Below are positions 1 through 7,998 of a stretch of 10,839 bases of DNA, piece after piece. How positions within the stretch are numbered: the stretch's first letter is position 1; each line of letters opens with the position of its first letter. The DNA comes from Oligoflexales bacterium (GTDB lineage: Bacteria; Bdellovibrionota_B; Oligoflexia; Oligoflexales; RGVZ01), in the NCBI GenBank assembly GCA_044236265.1, contig JBIIGV010000095.1:1-10839 (forward strand), in the 5' to 3' direction. Both the position numbers and the translations under genes were made by a program. The notes under the pieces are model-generated. The model saw nothing but the letters and a program-made list of their open reading frames with translations. It did no database searches and was not told the DNA's origin.

Positions 1-1
1 A

Positions 2-1444
2 TTTTTGCCTGACAAAGCGATTGATCTCGTCGACGAAGCAAGTGCAATGATTCGAACAGAGATGGACTCCATGCCTACGGAGGTCGATCAAGCACAAAGG
101 CGTGTCATGCAACTTGAGATCGAAGAAGCAGCTTTGAAAAAGGAAAAAGACAAGGCCAGTATTGATCGACTGTCGGTTCTGCAAAAAGAACTATCCTCAG
201 AGAAGGAAAAACTTCACACACTTCGTGCACAATACGAATCAGAAAAGAACAAGATTCATGGTCTAACAAGCCTAAGAACCGAAATTGAAAAGATCCGTCA
301 AGAGATTGAAAAAGCTGAGCGCGCCTACGACCTCTCAAAAGTTGCAGAGCTGAAACACGGAAAATTGCCAGAGTTGATCAAACTACTCCAGCAAGAGGAG
401 ACTAAGTTTGCAGCCCAAACAGGAGAATCCAGCCGCCTTTTACGAGAAGAGGTAACCGATGACGAAATTGCCGAGATTGTTGCAAGGTGGACCGGAATTC
501 CGGTGAAAAAACTCATGGAGGGTGAGAGAGAAAAAATTCTTAAACTTGACAAAATATTACACGATCGAGTTGTGGGACAGGATGAAGCTGTGCAACTGGT
601 CGCTGACGCCGTAATCCGTGCTCGCGCAGGCATAAAAGACCCAAAGCGCCCCATCGGTAGCTTCTTATTTTTAGGGCCAACCGGAGTCGGGAAAACTGAA
701 CTAGCAAAAGCACTGGCCGAGACCTTATTTGACTCAGAAGATAACATCATTCGCATCGACATGTCTGAGTACATGGAGAAACATGCTGTCAGTCGACTGA
801 TAGGCGCGCCTCCGGGCTATGTAGGCTACGATGAAGGCGGACAGCTTACAGAAGCTGTGCGGCGCAGGCCATACAGCGTCCTCTTATTCGATGAGATCGA
901 AAAGGCACATCCAGACGTTTTCAACATTCTACTGCAACTTTTAGATGAAGGTCGTCTTACAGACAACCAAGGCCGCGTCGTAAACTTTAAGGATACTGTT
1001 GTTATCATGACAAGTAACATTGGCGCTCATTTTCTATTGGAGGGTGTCAATAGTGATGGAGAAATTCGTGACACAGCCCGCAAGCAGGTTATGGACACCT
1101 TGCGCGGTCACTTTCGACCAGAGTTGCTCAACCGAATAGATGATATTGTTCTCTTTAAACCGCTTAAGTTGGACGAAATCAAACAAATTGTCCGATTACT
1201 AACCGCATCCTTAGCTCGTCGACTATCCGATAGACATATTGCGCTTAAACTCACGGACGAAGCCATTTCGCATATTGCTGCGACAGCCTATGATCCACTG
1301 TTCGGCGCGCGCCCCCTGAAGCGATATCTGCAGCGTGATCTCGAGACGAAAATTGGACGTGCGTTGATTGCAGGCGGCATAACTGAGGGATCAAACGTAA
1401 AAGTCGACGAAAAAGGCGGGACGTTATCTGTAACTGTAGTGTAA
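2..1444 (+). CDS. clpB: ATP-dependent chaperone ClpB, 5'-truncated by the window (end of NBD1, coiled-coil middle domain, NBD2)
   Basis: The frame is open from base 2 ([13 protein letters not shown]). It has the long coiled-coil M-domain (…[21 protein letters not shown]), NBD2 Walker [52 protein letters not shown], Walker [16 protein letters not shown] and sensor-2 GARPLKR. The track's TTG start at 5 is not the real start. Confidence 0.97.
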   Translation, partial: FLPDKAIDLVDEASAMIRTEMDSMPTEVDQAQRRVMQLEIEEAALKKEKDKASIDRLSVLQKELSSEKEKLHTLRAQYESEKNKIHGLTSLRTEIEKIRQEIEKAERAYDLSKVAELKHGKLPELIKLLQQEETKFAAQTGESSRLLREEVTDDEIAEIVARWTGIPVKKLMEGEREKILKLDKILHDRVVGQDEAVQLVADAVIRARAGIKDPKRPIGSFLFLGPTGVGKTELAKALAETLFDSEDNIIRIDMSEYMEKHAVSRLIGAPPGYVGYDEGGQLTEAVRRRPYSVLLFDEIEKAHPDVFNILLQLLDEGRLTDNQGRVVNFKDTVVIMTSNIGAHFLLEGVNSDGEIRDTARKQVMDTLRGHFRPELLNRIDDIVLFKPLKLDEIKQIVRLLTASLARRLSDRHIALKLTDEAISHIAATAYDPLFGARPLKRYLQRDLETKIGRALIAGGITEGSNVKVDEKGGTLSVTVV

Positions 1445-1471
1445 GTAAGCAAAGCATTCATAAAATGCAAC

Positions 1472-1501
1472 AAACCCGCCGGTAAATGCCGGCGAGTTTT
1501 T
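1472..1501. terminator. Probable bidirectional intrinsic terminator between convergent clpB and the 1515..1880 gene
   Basis: AAAC-C-CGCCGG-taaatg-CCGGCG-A-GTTTTT: a GC-rich stem followed by a T-run on +. On the - strand the mismatch becomes a U-G pair and the stem runs into GTTTGTTG. Confidence 0.75.
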
Positions 1502-1514
1502 CATTAGATAGAGT

Positions 1515-1880
1515 TTAGTGTAAATTACGCTTAAGCCAATCTTTCCACACGCTGATCGACCGACGGTACAGTATTAACGCAACTGCTTTTTGTTCCAAAG
1601 TTAAGGATTTAAAAAGTGACTTCATCTCGCCGAAATCACTACTTCCGAAAAATTTCACCGCAAAGCGCGCCATCGCACCGCTATTATCGGAGCTTAATTT
1701 AAAGCTAGGCGAGTGATAGTAGTCCTCAATGGCTTTAATATCGTCAGCATCAAAGAGGATATGGTTACCACGAATGGCCTCATTGTAAACAACACGCCAA
1801 ATCATTGGCAGTGGCAATGGGGGCACATTTGACTCGAAAAAGTTCTCGTACATTTGAGCGCCGGATCCTGGCCTGGACAT
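1515..1880 (-). CDS. Hypothetical protein (~121 aa, probably mostly helical)
   Basis: The ORF fills the space between the terminator and a putative sigma-54 promoter and has a protein-like composition. ATG at 1880 is preceded by GTGGGG (SD-like) and is preferred over the track's GTG at 1892. A later ATG (MYEN…) is also possible. No family recognised. Confidence 0.7.
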   Translation of the reverse strand: MSRPGSGAQMYENFFESNVPPLPLPMIWRVVYNEAIRGNHILFDADDIKAIEDYYHSPSFKLSSDNSGAMARFAVKFFGSSDFGEMKSLFKSLTLEQKAVALILYRRSISVWKDWLKRNLH

Positions 1881-1963
1881 AATCAACCCCACTTCAACTC
1901 CGCTGTAGATCTACCCGCACGCGTCCCGGGTCCGCGAAACCGGTCGCGGAATAGCCTTCGTGA

Positions 1964-1979
1964 TGCAAGGGGGAGGCCA
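1964..1979 (-). promoter_or_regulatory. Putative sigma-54 (RpoN) -24/-12 promoter for the 1515..1880 gene
   Basis: The minus strand reads TGGC-CTCCCCC-TTGCA, which has the exact GG-N10-GC spacing of the TGGCAC-N5-TTGCW consensus. It points toward the gene, with a predicted TSS near 1953. Confidence 0.55.
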
Positions 1980-1988
1980 TGCCTAACC

Positions 1989-2048
1989 TGTCGAAAAAGA
2001 TCAATAATTTCGTGCTAGAGGCCAATAAACTGTCAAAAGTTTCGACAG
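1989..2048. promoter_or_regulatory. Repeated CTGTC(G/A)AAA half-sites; possible activator (bEBP) binding region
   Basis: CTGTCGAAA (1989-1997), CTGTCAAAA (2030-2038) and the reverse complement TTTCGACAG (2040-2048). Bases 2030-2048 form an imperfect palindrome. Confidence 0.4.
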
Positions 2049-2108
2049 CCAATCATTGCCCAGGACATGTCATTGAAGAGGTAAAGGATAATTCAACTGA
2101 CAGTCATA

Positions 2109-2126
2109 GGGCGTTTTCAAACGCCC
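2109..2126. repeat. Perfect 8-bp inverted repeat (operator-like or hairpin)
   Basis: GGGCGTTT-tc-AAACGCCC in the divergent intergenic region. Confidence 0.5.
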
Positions 2127-2419
2127 ATCCTGAAATCAACTTTTTTTGGTCGTGAAGGCATGCCAAAAAATCTGCGTTTTAATAATTTCAGAGAAACCGC
2201 CCACTCCGATATCTACAACGGCATCCCCTCAGATCCGAAGTTCTCCAGCGAGCCCTCCGAACATCGCCGAACACTTTGTTGCAAGCGCCGGCAAAATCAT
2301 GTTGCTCAGACCACGCATACCCAATAGCGTAACAAATGAGCAAAGCACAAAGACAGACAAGACAAATCTAACGGCTTAGAAATGCGCCATCTCCAATTAA
2401 ATTTGGCAGGAGTTTTCGA

Positions 2420-3229
2420 GTGTCAAACATATTCATGTTTCTAGACTACAAGCAATTTGTCTGCGCCAAGATCAACTCAGAACCATCTCTAGGCCGTGGT
2501 AGCATCAAAAAAATCGCAGAAACGCTGCGCGTTCATCCGAGCCTTATTAGTCAAATCTTGAAGGGAGCAAAGGATTTCAACCCAGAGCAGGCCAACGAAG
2601 TTGCAGCGTTCTTGGGTCTTGATGACGACGCAACAGAATATTTCTTATGCCTTGTCGATATTGAACGCGCTGGCACTGTTAAATTGAAAACATTCTTACA
2701 GAACAAACGAGATAGAATGATTGAAGCTGCAAATCAAAGAAATGTTGCGGCGGAGTCATCTCTGGTAGGAGCCAGTAGACTCAACATCGACCGCTTCAAC
2801 TCACATTGGATCTATGCCACAATCTGCATTCTTTTGCAGGAGCCCAGATATCAGTCTGTACCCGCAATTGCAGATTGCCTGAAACTACCTAATACAACCA
2901 TTTCTGAAGCTCTGGATACGCTTGAAAGCTTGGGACTCATTACAAGAAATTTGGATAATAGCATTGTGGGTGTCTCGGCAATCGACGCTATTGAGTATTT
3001 TGACAAGAAACGATTTCATATTAATCTTCGTCTCAAAGCGTTGGACCGCCTAGGTTCAGACGAGACCAAAACCGGATCAGTAACACTGCCAGTCGCCCTA
3101 TCCCCCAAGGATAAAGATCGTTTGACACATTTAATTAAAAACTTTGTAGATCAAATTAATCATTCACCTGAAAAAATTGAGCCAGGCAATCTCTCATTTG
3201 TAACGGTTGATCTATTCGAAATCGCCTAA
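2420..3229 (+). CDS. TIGR02147/DUF4423-like protein with N-terminal XRE-like HTH (putative transcriptional regulator)
   Basis: The N-terminus IFMFLDYKQFV…GRGSIKKIAETLRVHPSLISQILKGAKDFNPEQANEVAAFLGL…EYFLCLVDIERAG and the central WIYATI…IADCLKL…ISEALDTLESLGLI (wHTH-like) match the pattern of this family. AGGAG at 2408-2412 precedes the GTG start. Confidence 0.8.
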   Translation: MSNIFMFLDYKQFVCAKINSEPSLGRGSIKKIAETLRVHPSLISQILKGAKDFNPEQANEVAAFLGLDDDATEYFLCLVDIERAGTVKLKTFLQNKRDRMIEAANQRNVAAESSLVGASRLNIDRFNSHWIYATICILLQEPRYQSVPAIADCLKLPNTTISEALDTLESLGLITRNLDNSIVGVSAIDAIEYFDKKRFHINLRLKALDRLGSDETKTGSVTLPVALSPKDKDRLTHLIKNFVDQINHSPEKIEPGNLSFVTVDLFEIA

Positions 3230-3233
3230 AAAA

Positions 3234-5150
3234 TCATGACAAGGCGATCATATCAAACACATAAAATGTAAAAGCCTTAGAAGCATTCAAACCGCTAATT
3301 AGCCGTCCTAAATGACTACGATACTCCTCTTCACATTCTTGACCTTCACGATCTAGAATCACCACAACATCATCAGTTCCTGTTGTGATCCCACGCTCTT
3401 TAAGAATTCTAATGCCAGACAGCAGCGTTTCAGCCTCTGTCCCAATTTTAACTACCAGAAAAAGGCTGTTAATAACGCCAGTAGAACTCAATGCATAATA
3501 ACTTTTGAGACGATATGCCAAACACCAAACTTCACCATCTTCTGATAGCGCAATGCTATTCGCAGAGTGCTCTGGACCGAGTTGACTCAGCTCTGAATTT
3601 AGCCGAGGATGCGCACCATTCATTCCCCCAAAAACCTCAAAAAGCACTGGATCAAAAACCAGAGATAGCTGACGTCGTATACGAGCCGGAACAGATTTAA
3701 TCTCAATGACTTTTTGTCGACTGTCGGCCTGCATTACTGGGAGTTTCTGTTTAACTAAACTGATATGAAACGAGTCACACCTGCGATTTAGTGCTCCCTC
3801 GCAAAGTCGCTCCATAAGGTCAGACGAAGACTTGACCGAACTGTGCACAAGGGCCCCAATATAACGAGGTGCTAGAAGAGAGGTTTTTGAAAGATTCTGA
3901 GCCACGACCAGAACATTATCTAACAGCTGCTTGTAAGACACTGCAAGCTCGTCACCGTTGTGAGATCCTTCTTGCATGAACCAATAGTCGTCGGTTAGCC
4001 GAACCATACTCACCTGCCCTGCAATTTTTCCTGAATCAACCTTTGAGGCAATACGATGGTAGAGCAATGGATTATTTGTCACGGTATCAGGCGGCAAATA
4101 GCGAGCAGGTCGACTGCCATATATTTTCCTCCTGGCACCCTTCAATAGTCCCGACTCGGTGAATAAATTTACAAGATCGTCTAGATGTGAGTGATGAACA
4201 GAAGTGGTTCGGCTGAGCTGCTTCAACAATTTAAACCAAGATGATAGCGTACTTGACTCATCCAGTGCGTCTAGCCGCAAACCAACAGTATTTTCATGCC
4301 GCCAAATAACTGATGCGTGGACCAAGCCATTTTGTAATTTAACGTGAAGACCAGGAATTATCCAATTGGGAACCGAATCCTGTTGGATCGAGGCACGTAA
4401 TCCATTAATAGAGATATCTTCAACACCACATACAAGACCTTCGCCGAAGTGATCATCCACGGGACTTATGACAATCGTTGCCCCGCAGGGCGTTCGACGC
4501 GCAACTCGCCGACTATCCTTCAATCGACTAGCCCCAGTGGCTTCAATCATACCCAGAAGAATTCGAGTTACATCGCTGGAATACTGGACATCACGGACGA
4601 GCATCTTATAGCTGAAAACGTCCCGGGAAAATGCCCCTCCCCTAATTCGAACCTGAACCACATCACCTATCTTTAACAGGGGATTTTTTACCGCAGAAAC
4701 TAACGCCATCGAGCTATGACTAACATCAACTGGAGTTGCAAACGTGACGGAATGTTCACCACTAATTTCTGCTATTTGAATATCCGGCCCAAATGAACTT
4801 CGCTTCGAACTCCTGAGATCTGTTATTAGAAGTTTAGACGGCAGCCTGCATTGACCTTGACCGTCAATCACATCTAATTCAAAAGAAATTCGCTGCCCCG
4901 CGAACAATGCAGACGCTGTATATGTTCCAGTTTCTAATGATTCATCGCAAAGCGTTATTCTAGAATCATCAAAAGGTGTCAGAATCTCGCATTTAATTTT
5001 CATCGACAGAGCCCGGGGAAGGTCGCCGCGCGTGACATGCAAAAATACGTCCGCCGCCTCCATCTCAGCCAAAAGTCCCGCAATGATCCGAGGCTTCGAT
5101 ATCACTCGGGAATAATTTGGAATTGTCGTTATTAGACTATCCAGCGGCAT
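3234..5150 (-). CDS. Tandem PilZ-domain protein with a ~320-aa C-terminal domain of unknown (possibly GNAT-like) fold
   Basis: PilZ1 has RSSKR (4800-4814) and DVSHSS (degenerate DxSxxG). PilZ2 has RRVAR (4497-4511) and DISING (4401-4418), followed by ASVIWRHENTVGLRL. The start overlaps the upstream cyclase gene by 14 bp. Confidence 0.75.
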   Translation of the reverse strand: MPLDSLITTIPNYSRVISKPRIIAGLLAEMEAADVFLHVTRGDLPRALSMKIKCEILTPFDDSRITLCDESLETGTYTASALFAGQRISFELDVIDGQGQCRLPSKLLITDLRSSKRSSFGPDIQIAEISGEHSVTFATPVDVSHSSMALVSAVKNPLLKIGDVVQVRIRGGAFSRDVFSYKMLVRDVQYSSDVTRILLGMIEATGASRLKDSRRVARRTPCGATIVISPVDDHFGEGLVCGVEDISINGLRASIQQDSVPNWIIPGLHVKLQNGLVHASVIWRHENTVGLRLDALDESSTLSSWFKLLKQLSRTTSVHHSHLDDLVNLFTESGLLKGARRKIYGSRPARYLPPDTVTNNPLLYHRIASKVDSGKIAGQVSMVRLTDDYWFMQEGSHNGDELAVSYKQLLDNVLVVAQNLSKTSLLAPRYIGALVHSSVKSSSDLMERLCEGALNRRCDSFHISLVKQKLPVMQADSRQKVIEIKSVPARIRRQLSLVFDPVLFEVFGGMNGAHPRLNSELSQLGPEHSANSIALSEDGEVWCLAYRLKSYYALSSTGVINSLFLVVKIGTEAETLLSGIRILKERGITTGTDDVVVILDREGQECEEEYRSHLGRLISGLNASKAFTFYVFDMIALS

Positions 5151-7998
5151 GATTAATTGTCCTTACACCGCTAATGAGTGTGCAAGCGAACTTGATGTTA
5201 AACCTGGATGTTGGCAACACATCAAATTCCACAAGATTCTCGCGAACAAACGCATAAGATGCTTGACTAGAAATTTTCTCGATAGCACTGCAGGAGATAG
5301 CGAGTTTAGCGGGACTACCATCGATCACTATATGCTTCATCAATCCCTCTAACTTACAAACCTCGTCGATACCGCTACCGATTACATCAATTTGCCCAAA
5401 CGTCTCGGTCCCTACTAGACCAAGAAAATACTTTCCATAATGTAGAAGTGCGCGCGCACCCTTACAGCCAATATCCTTTGCTACAAAATCTGCGTACTGC
5501 GCGAGATTTCGCAATTTATGAACGAAATTTGGATCAATAGACGGATCATGATCCGATCCATCCCATGTAATAATCACGGCATCACCGATAGTTTTCCGAA
5601 TCACACCACGAAGCTGTTCTTGGGCTTTCTTATTCACTAAATCATAGAAATTTCCGTAAGCTCGTGCTTTTAACTCCGTATCGTGGGAAAGATCTGAGCT
5701 TCCCACCAGATCAAACAAGAGAAGAAATGACGTCTTCGGCTTGCCGATCGTTGTCGGTAAATTTCGCGCTTTAGCGGCTTCGATAATTTTGGTTCTGATC
5801 TCCTTGTCACCGATAAGCCGGCTTGTCAACTCACCTAAAGCAACCACCGATGACCGCTGGCTCATCACCTCAAGGGCTGCTACAAAAATCGCCTCAGTGG
5901 ACTCCACAACCTGCACCACTGATGGGCTCGCAGGAGGATCGCCTGAAATTGTGAATAACGTAACAACAAAATTTCGTGTCTCTGGCGCAAGTGGAATCGC
6001 CGCGATACTCTCAGATCGCATAAGCTCAAAAAGAGACTGCGTCATTGGATGCATCTGGCTTTTAATCTCCCGAACATCTTTTACATAGCTACTTCGGCGC
6101 TCCATGAAGGCGACAACCGTGGGACCGATGGGCGATGCCCCTCCAGTTGCGAGATTGAGTGGATGTTTACTCAAGAACGCCCAAGCATCGCTTGGAAGTC
6201 CACAATGAGCAACAGCGACTCCTTGATCTCCAATCTTTGTGTGAATAGCTACAGCACACTTACAGTGATACGCAATAGACCTTGCATAGAGCGATAGGAA
6301 GTCTGCCGGTCTTTCGCAAAGGGCAAGCTCCAAATGCAGCATTTTGTGCAAATCCCGTGATACCTGGCTTGCGCTGTTAAGGTCCCGTACTATCATTGAC
6401 GACACCAAACCCTCAAAAACTGATAAAACAGCGCGAATATTCTCACGCTCTTCAGCAAGTCCATCGGCTCTAACCATTTTCTCTCTCAGGGCGGCATCTT
6501 TAAATTTTGTCATCATAATTGTCCCAACAACCTGCTCGTTGACCCTGATTGGAATTATGCAAAACAGATCAAATCCTGAGAGCGCTGTATTTGCACCCAA
6601 TCCAAGCCTTTTAGAATATGCAGCAAACGATTCGAATAAAGCCGAATCTCCATACAAAAGTGACCGCAAGGTTACCGCTCCAGGAATTGTGCCATCGTCG
6701 AAAACTTCTGACGTTTTTGAATGACTATCAAATGAATATGTAACAGGCCGACCAAGCGGAAGATTTATGGTTATGGTTATTCTTCCACAGTGCAAAAATT
6801 CACCGAGCATCGGCAGAACTGACTTTAGAGATTCAAGCTGAACTTCGGGTCGTTTACCGCGAAAACTATGAAACTGTTGATTGATAGAATCGAGTAGAAA
6901 ATCACGACGAATTCTACGGTAGAGCTTACCTAAAAGACCGATCGTTACAAAGCCTCCTGCATTCCCAGCGGCCAAGCCAAGCGCAGACAGTGACAACACA
7001 TTAAAAACGTATACTGGCGGGTAATCCACTACCTGTATAAGACCAATGACTCTGCCAGCATCAAGGATGCCACAGCTCCACATCAACGCGGATACCTTAT
7101 CTTTTTGTCGATAAAACTTGATGGCTCCAAACGTTGCCATTAAGAACAAAATAGCAGACCAATATGTAGCTTGCCGTAGAAATGGCCAGAACAGCAAAGA
7201 TCCCGCAATCAGGACAACGGCCTTTATTGCAAACCATAATCTTCGAGTCCAAACAGAGTTTAGCCTTGGATCGGGAATCACAAACATCAAGCACGCAGCC
7301 GTCATGAGCGATCGTAATGCAGCGTTTCTATAGTTACCTTCCGGAATAGCGGCATCCCATAACCCAGTCGACAGCGTTAACGAACCTATCAAAAGCAATG
7401 CACTAATTTGCAAGTTTCCTGGCTCGGACTTACTCGCAGGATTGAGGGCAATGAGCCTCTTTGTCGAAACTGCCAAGGCAGCAAGCAAAATGAGAGCAGA
7501 AACCAGCGCAAGCAGCAATCCACCTGCTTGTATTGACTCTACCAAATGAGGAACTGTAAGAATGCTGCTATCATTGGCTTCCCTCGGTAGAATTCCAACA
7601 AAATACCCCATCCTTGCAGTTAATGGCTTTTTTCCGACAATTTCATATCGCTCTCCTGGCTCAACCTGATAAACATTCAACCGCAACCAACTGTCGGACA
7701 TGGTTCCGGAAACTACGGTAATAGGAAGAACGTCCCCATCAGTCCCAAGGCGTCGTAGCTGATGGCTCCTTAGAATCTGCCCGAGTAACACAAAACGTTT
7801 AGTGGAGATAAACTGCCATTTCGCCACGCACTCGCTCTCGCTACACTGATTCTCAACTTGTGAAAGCTGAATCTCTGTTGCGCCAGAACCCCGCATTTTC
7901 AAATGAGCTATGAGTCCAGCACCCAAATACATGACTATCGCAATCGTAAACATGGCGATAAATGAATGTTTTTGGCTTGTACCGACAGACTCATTCAT
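5137..7998 (-). CDS. Membrane-bound class III nucleotidyl (adenylate/guanylate) cyclase-family protein: N-terminal TM, extracytoplasmic domain, ~7 TM helices, two GAF-like domains, cyclase domain
   Basis: Cyclase motifs LLLFDLVGSS, IRKTIGDAVIITW and ARALLHYG…GLVG…QIDVIGSGIDEVCKLE. GAF-like endings FCIIPIRVNEQVVGTIMM and SESIAAIPLA…FVVTLF. Several hydrophobic segments lie at about aa 155-360. ATGA overlap with the upstream gene at 7995-7998. Confidence 0.82.
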   Translation of the reverse strand: MNESVGTSQKHSFIAMFTIAIVMYLGAGLIAHLKMRGSGATEIQLSQVENQCSESECVAKWQFISTKRFVLLGQILRSHQLRRLGTDGDVLPITVVSGTMSDSWLRLNVYQVEPGERYEIVGKKPLTARMGYFVGILPREANDSSILTVPHLVESIQAGGLLLALVSALILLAALAVSTKRLIALNPASKSEPGNLQISALLLIGSLTLSTGLWDAAIPEGNYRNAALRSLMTAACLMFVIPDPRLNSVWTRRLWFAIKAVVLIAGSLLFWPFLRQATYWSAILFLMATFGAIKFYRQKDKVSALMWSCGILDAGRVIGLIQVVDYPPVYVFNVLSLSALGLAAGNAGGFVTIGLLGKLYRRIRRDFLLDSINQQFHSFRGKRPEVQLESLKSVLPMLGEFLHCGRITITINLPLGRPVTYSFDSHSKTSEVFDDGTIPGAVTLRSLLYGDSALFESFAAYSKRLGLGANTALSGFDLFCIIPIRVNEQVVGTIMMTKFKDAALREKMVRADGLAEERENIRAVLSVFEGLVSSMIVRDLNSASQVSRDLHKMLHLELALCERPADFLSLYARSIAYHCKCAVAIHTKIGDQGVAVAHCGLPSDAWAFLSKHPLNLATGGASPIGPTVVAFMERRSSYVKDVREIKSQMHPMTQSLFELMRSESIAAIPLAPETRNFVVTLFTISGDPPASPSVVQVVESTEAIFVAALEVMSQRSSVVALGELTSRLIGDKEIRTKIIEAAKARNLPTTIGKPKTSFLLLFDLVGSSDLSHDTELKARAYGNFYDLVNKKAQEQLRGVIRKTIGDAVIITWDGSDHDPSIDPNFVHKLRNLAQYADFVAKDIGCKGARALLHYGKYFLGLVGTETFGQIDVIGSGIDEVCKLEGLMKHIVIDGSPAKLAISCSAIEKISSQASYAFVRENLVEFDVLPTSRFNIKFACTLISGVRTINHAAG

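Noticed and set aside
105..1473. Five minus-strand ORFs (105-338, 325-774, 826-1020, 1251-1457, 1288-1473)
   Set aside because: Antisense or alternative-frame shadows of clpB with no recognisable motifs.
2180..2340. Possible 6S RNA, c-di-GMP-I, SAM, TPP or glycine riboswitch
   Set aside because: Only fragmentary resemblance (e.g. GGCAAA, CTGAG, GGAGGG). The required conserved elements and spacing were not found by eye.
2146..2379. 77-aa plus-strand ORF
   Set aside because: TTG start inside a T-run with no SD and a low-information Ser/Pro/Thr-rich sequence. Probably spurious.
5137..7998. Pycsar/CBASS-type anti-phage cyclase system
   Set aside because: The cyclase has a receptor architecture and adenine-type specificity residues. 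No cNMP-binding TIR/TM effector or other defence genes are adjacent.
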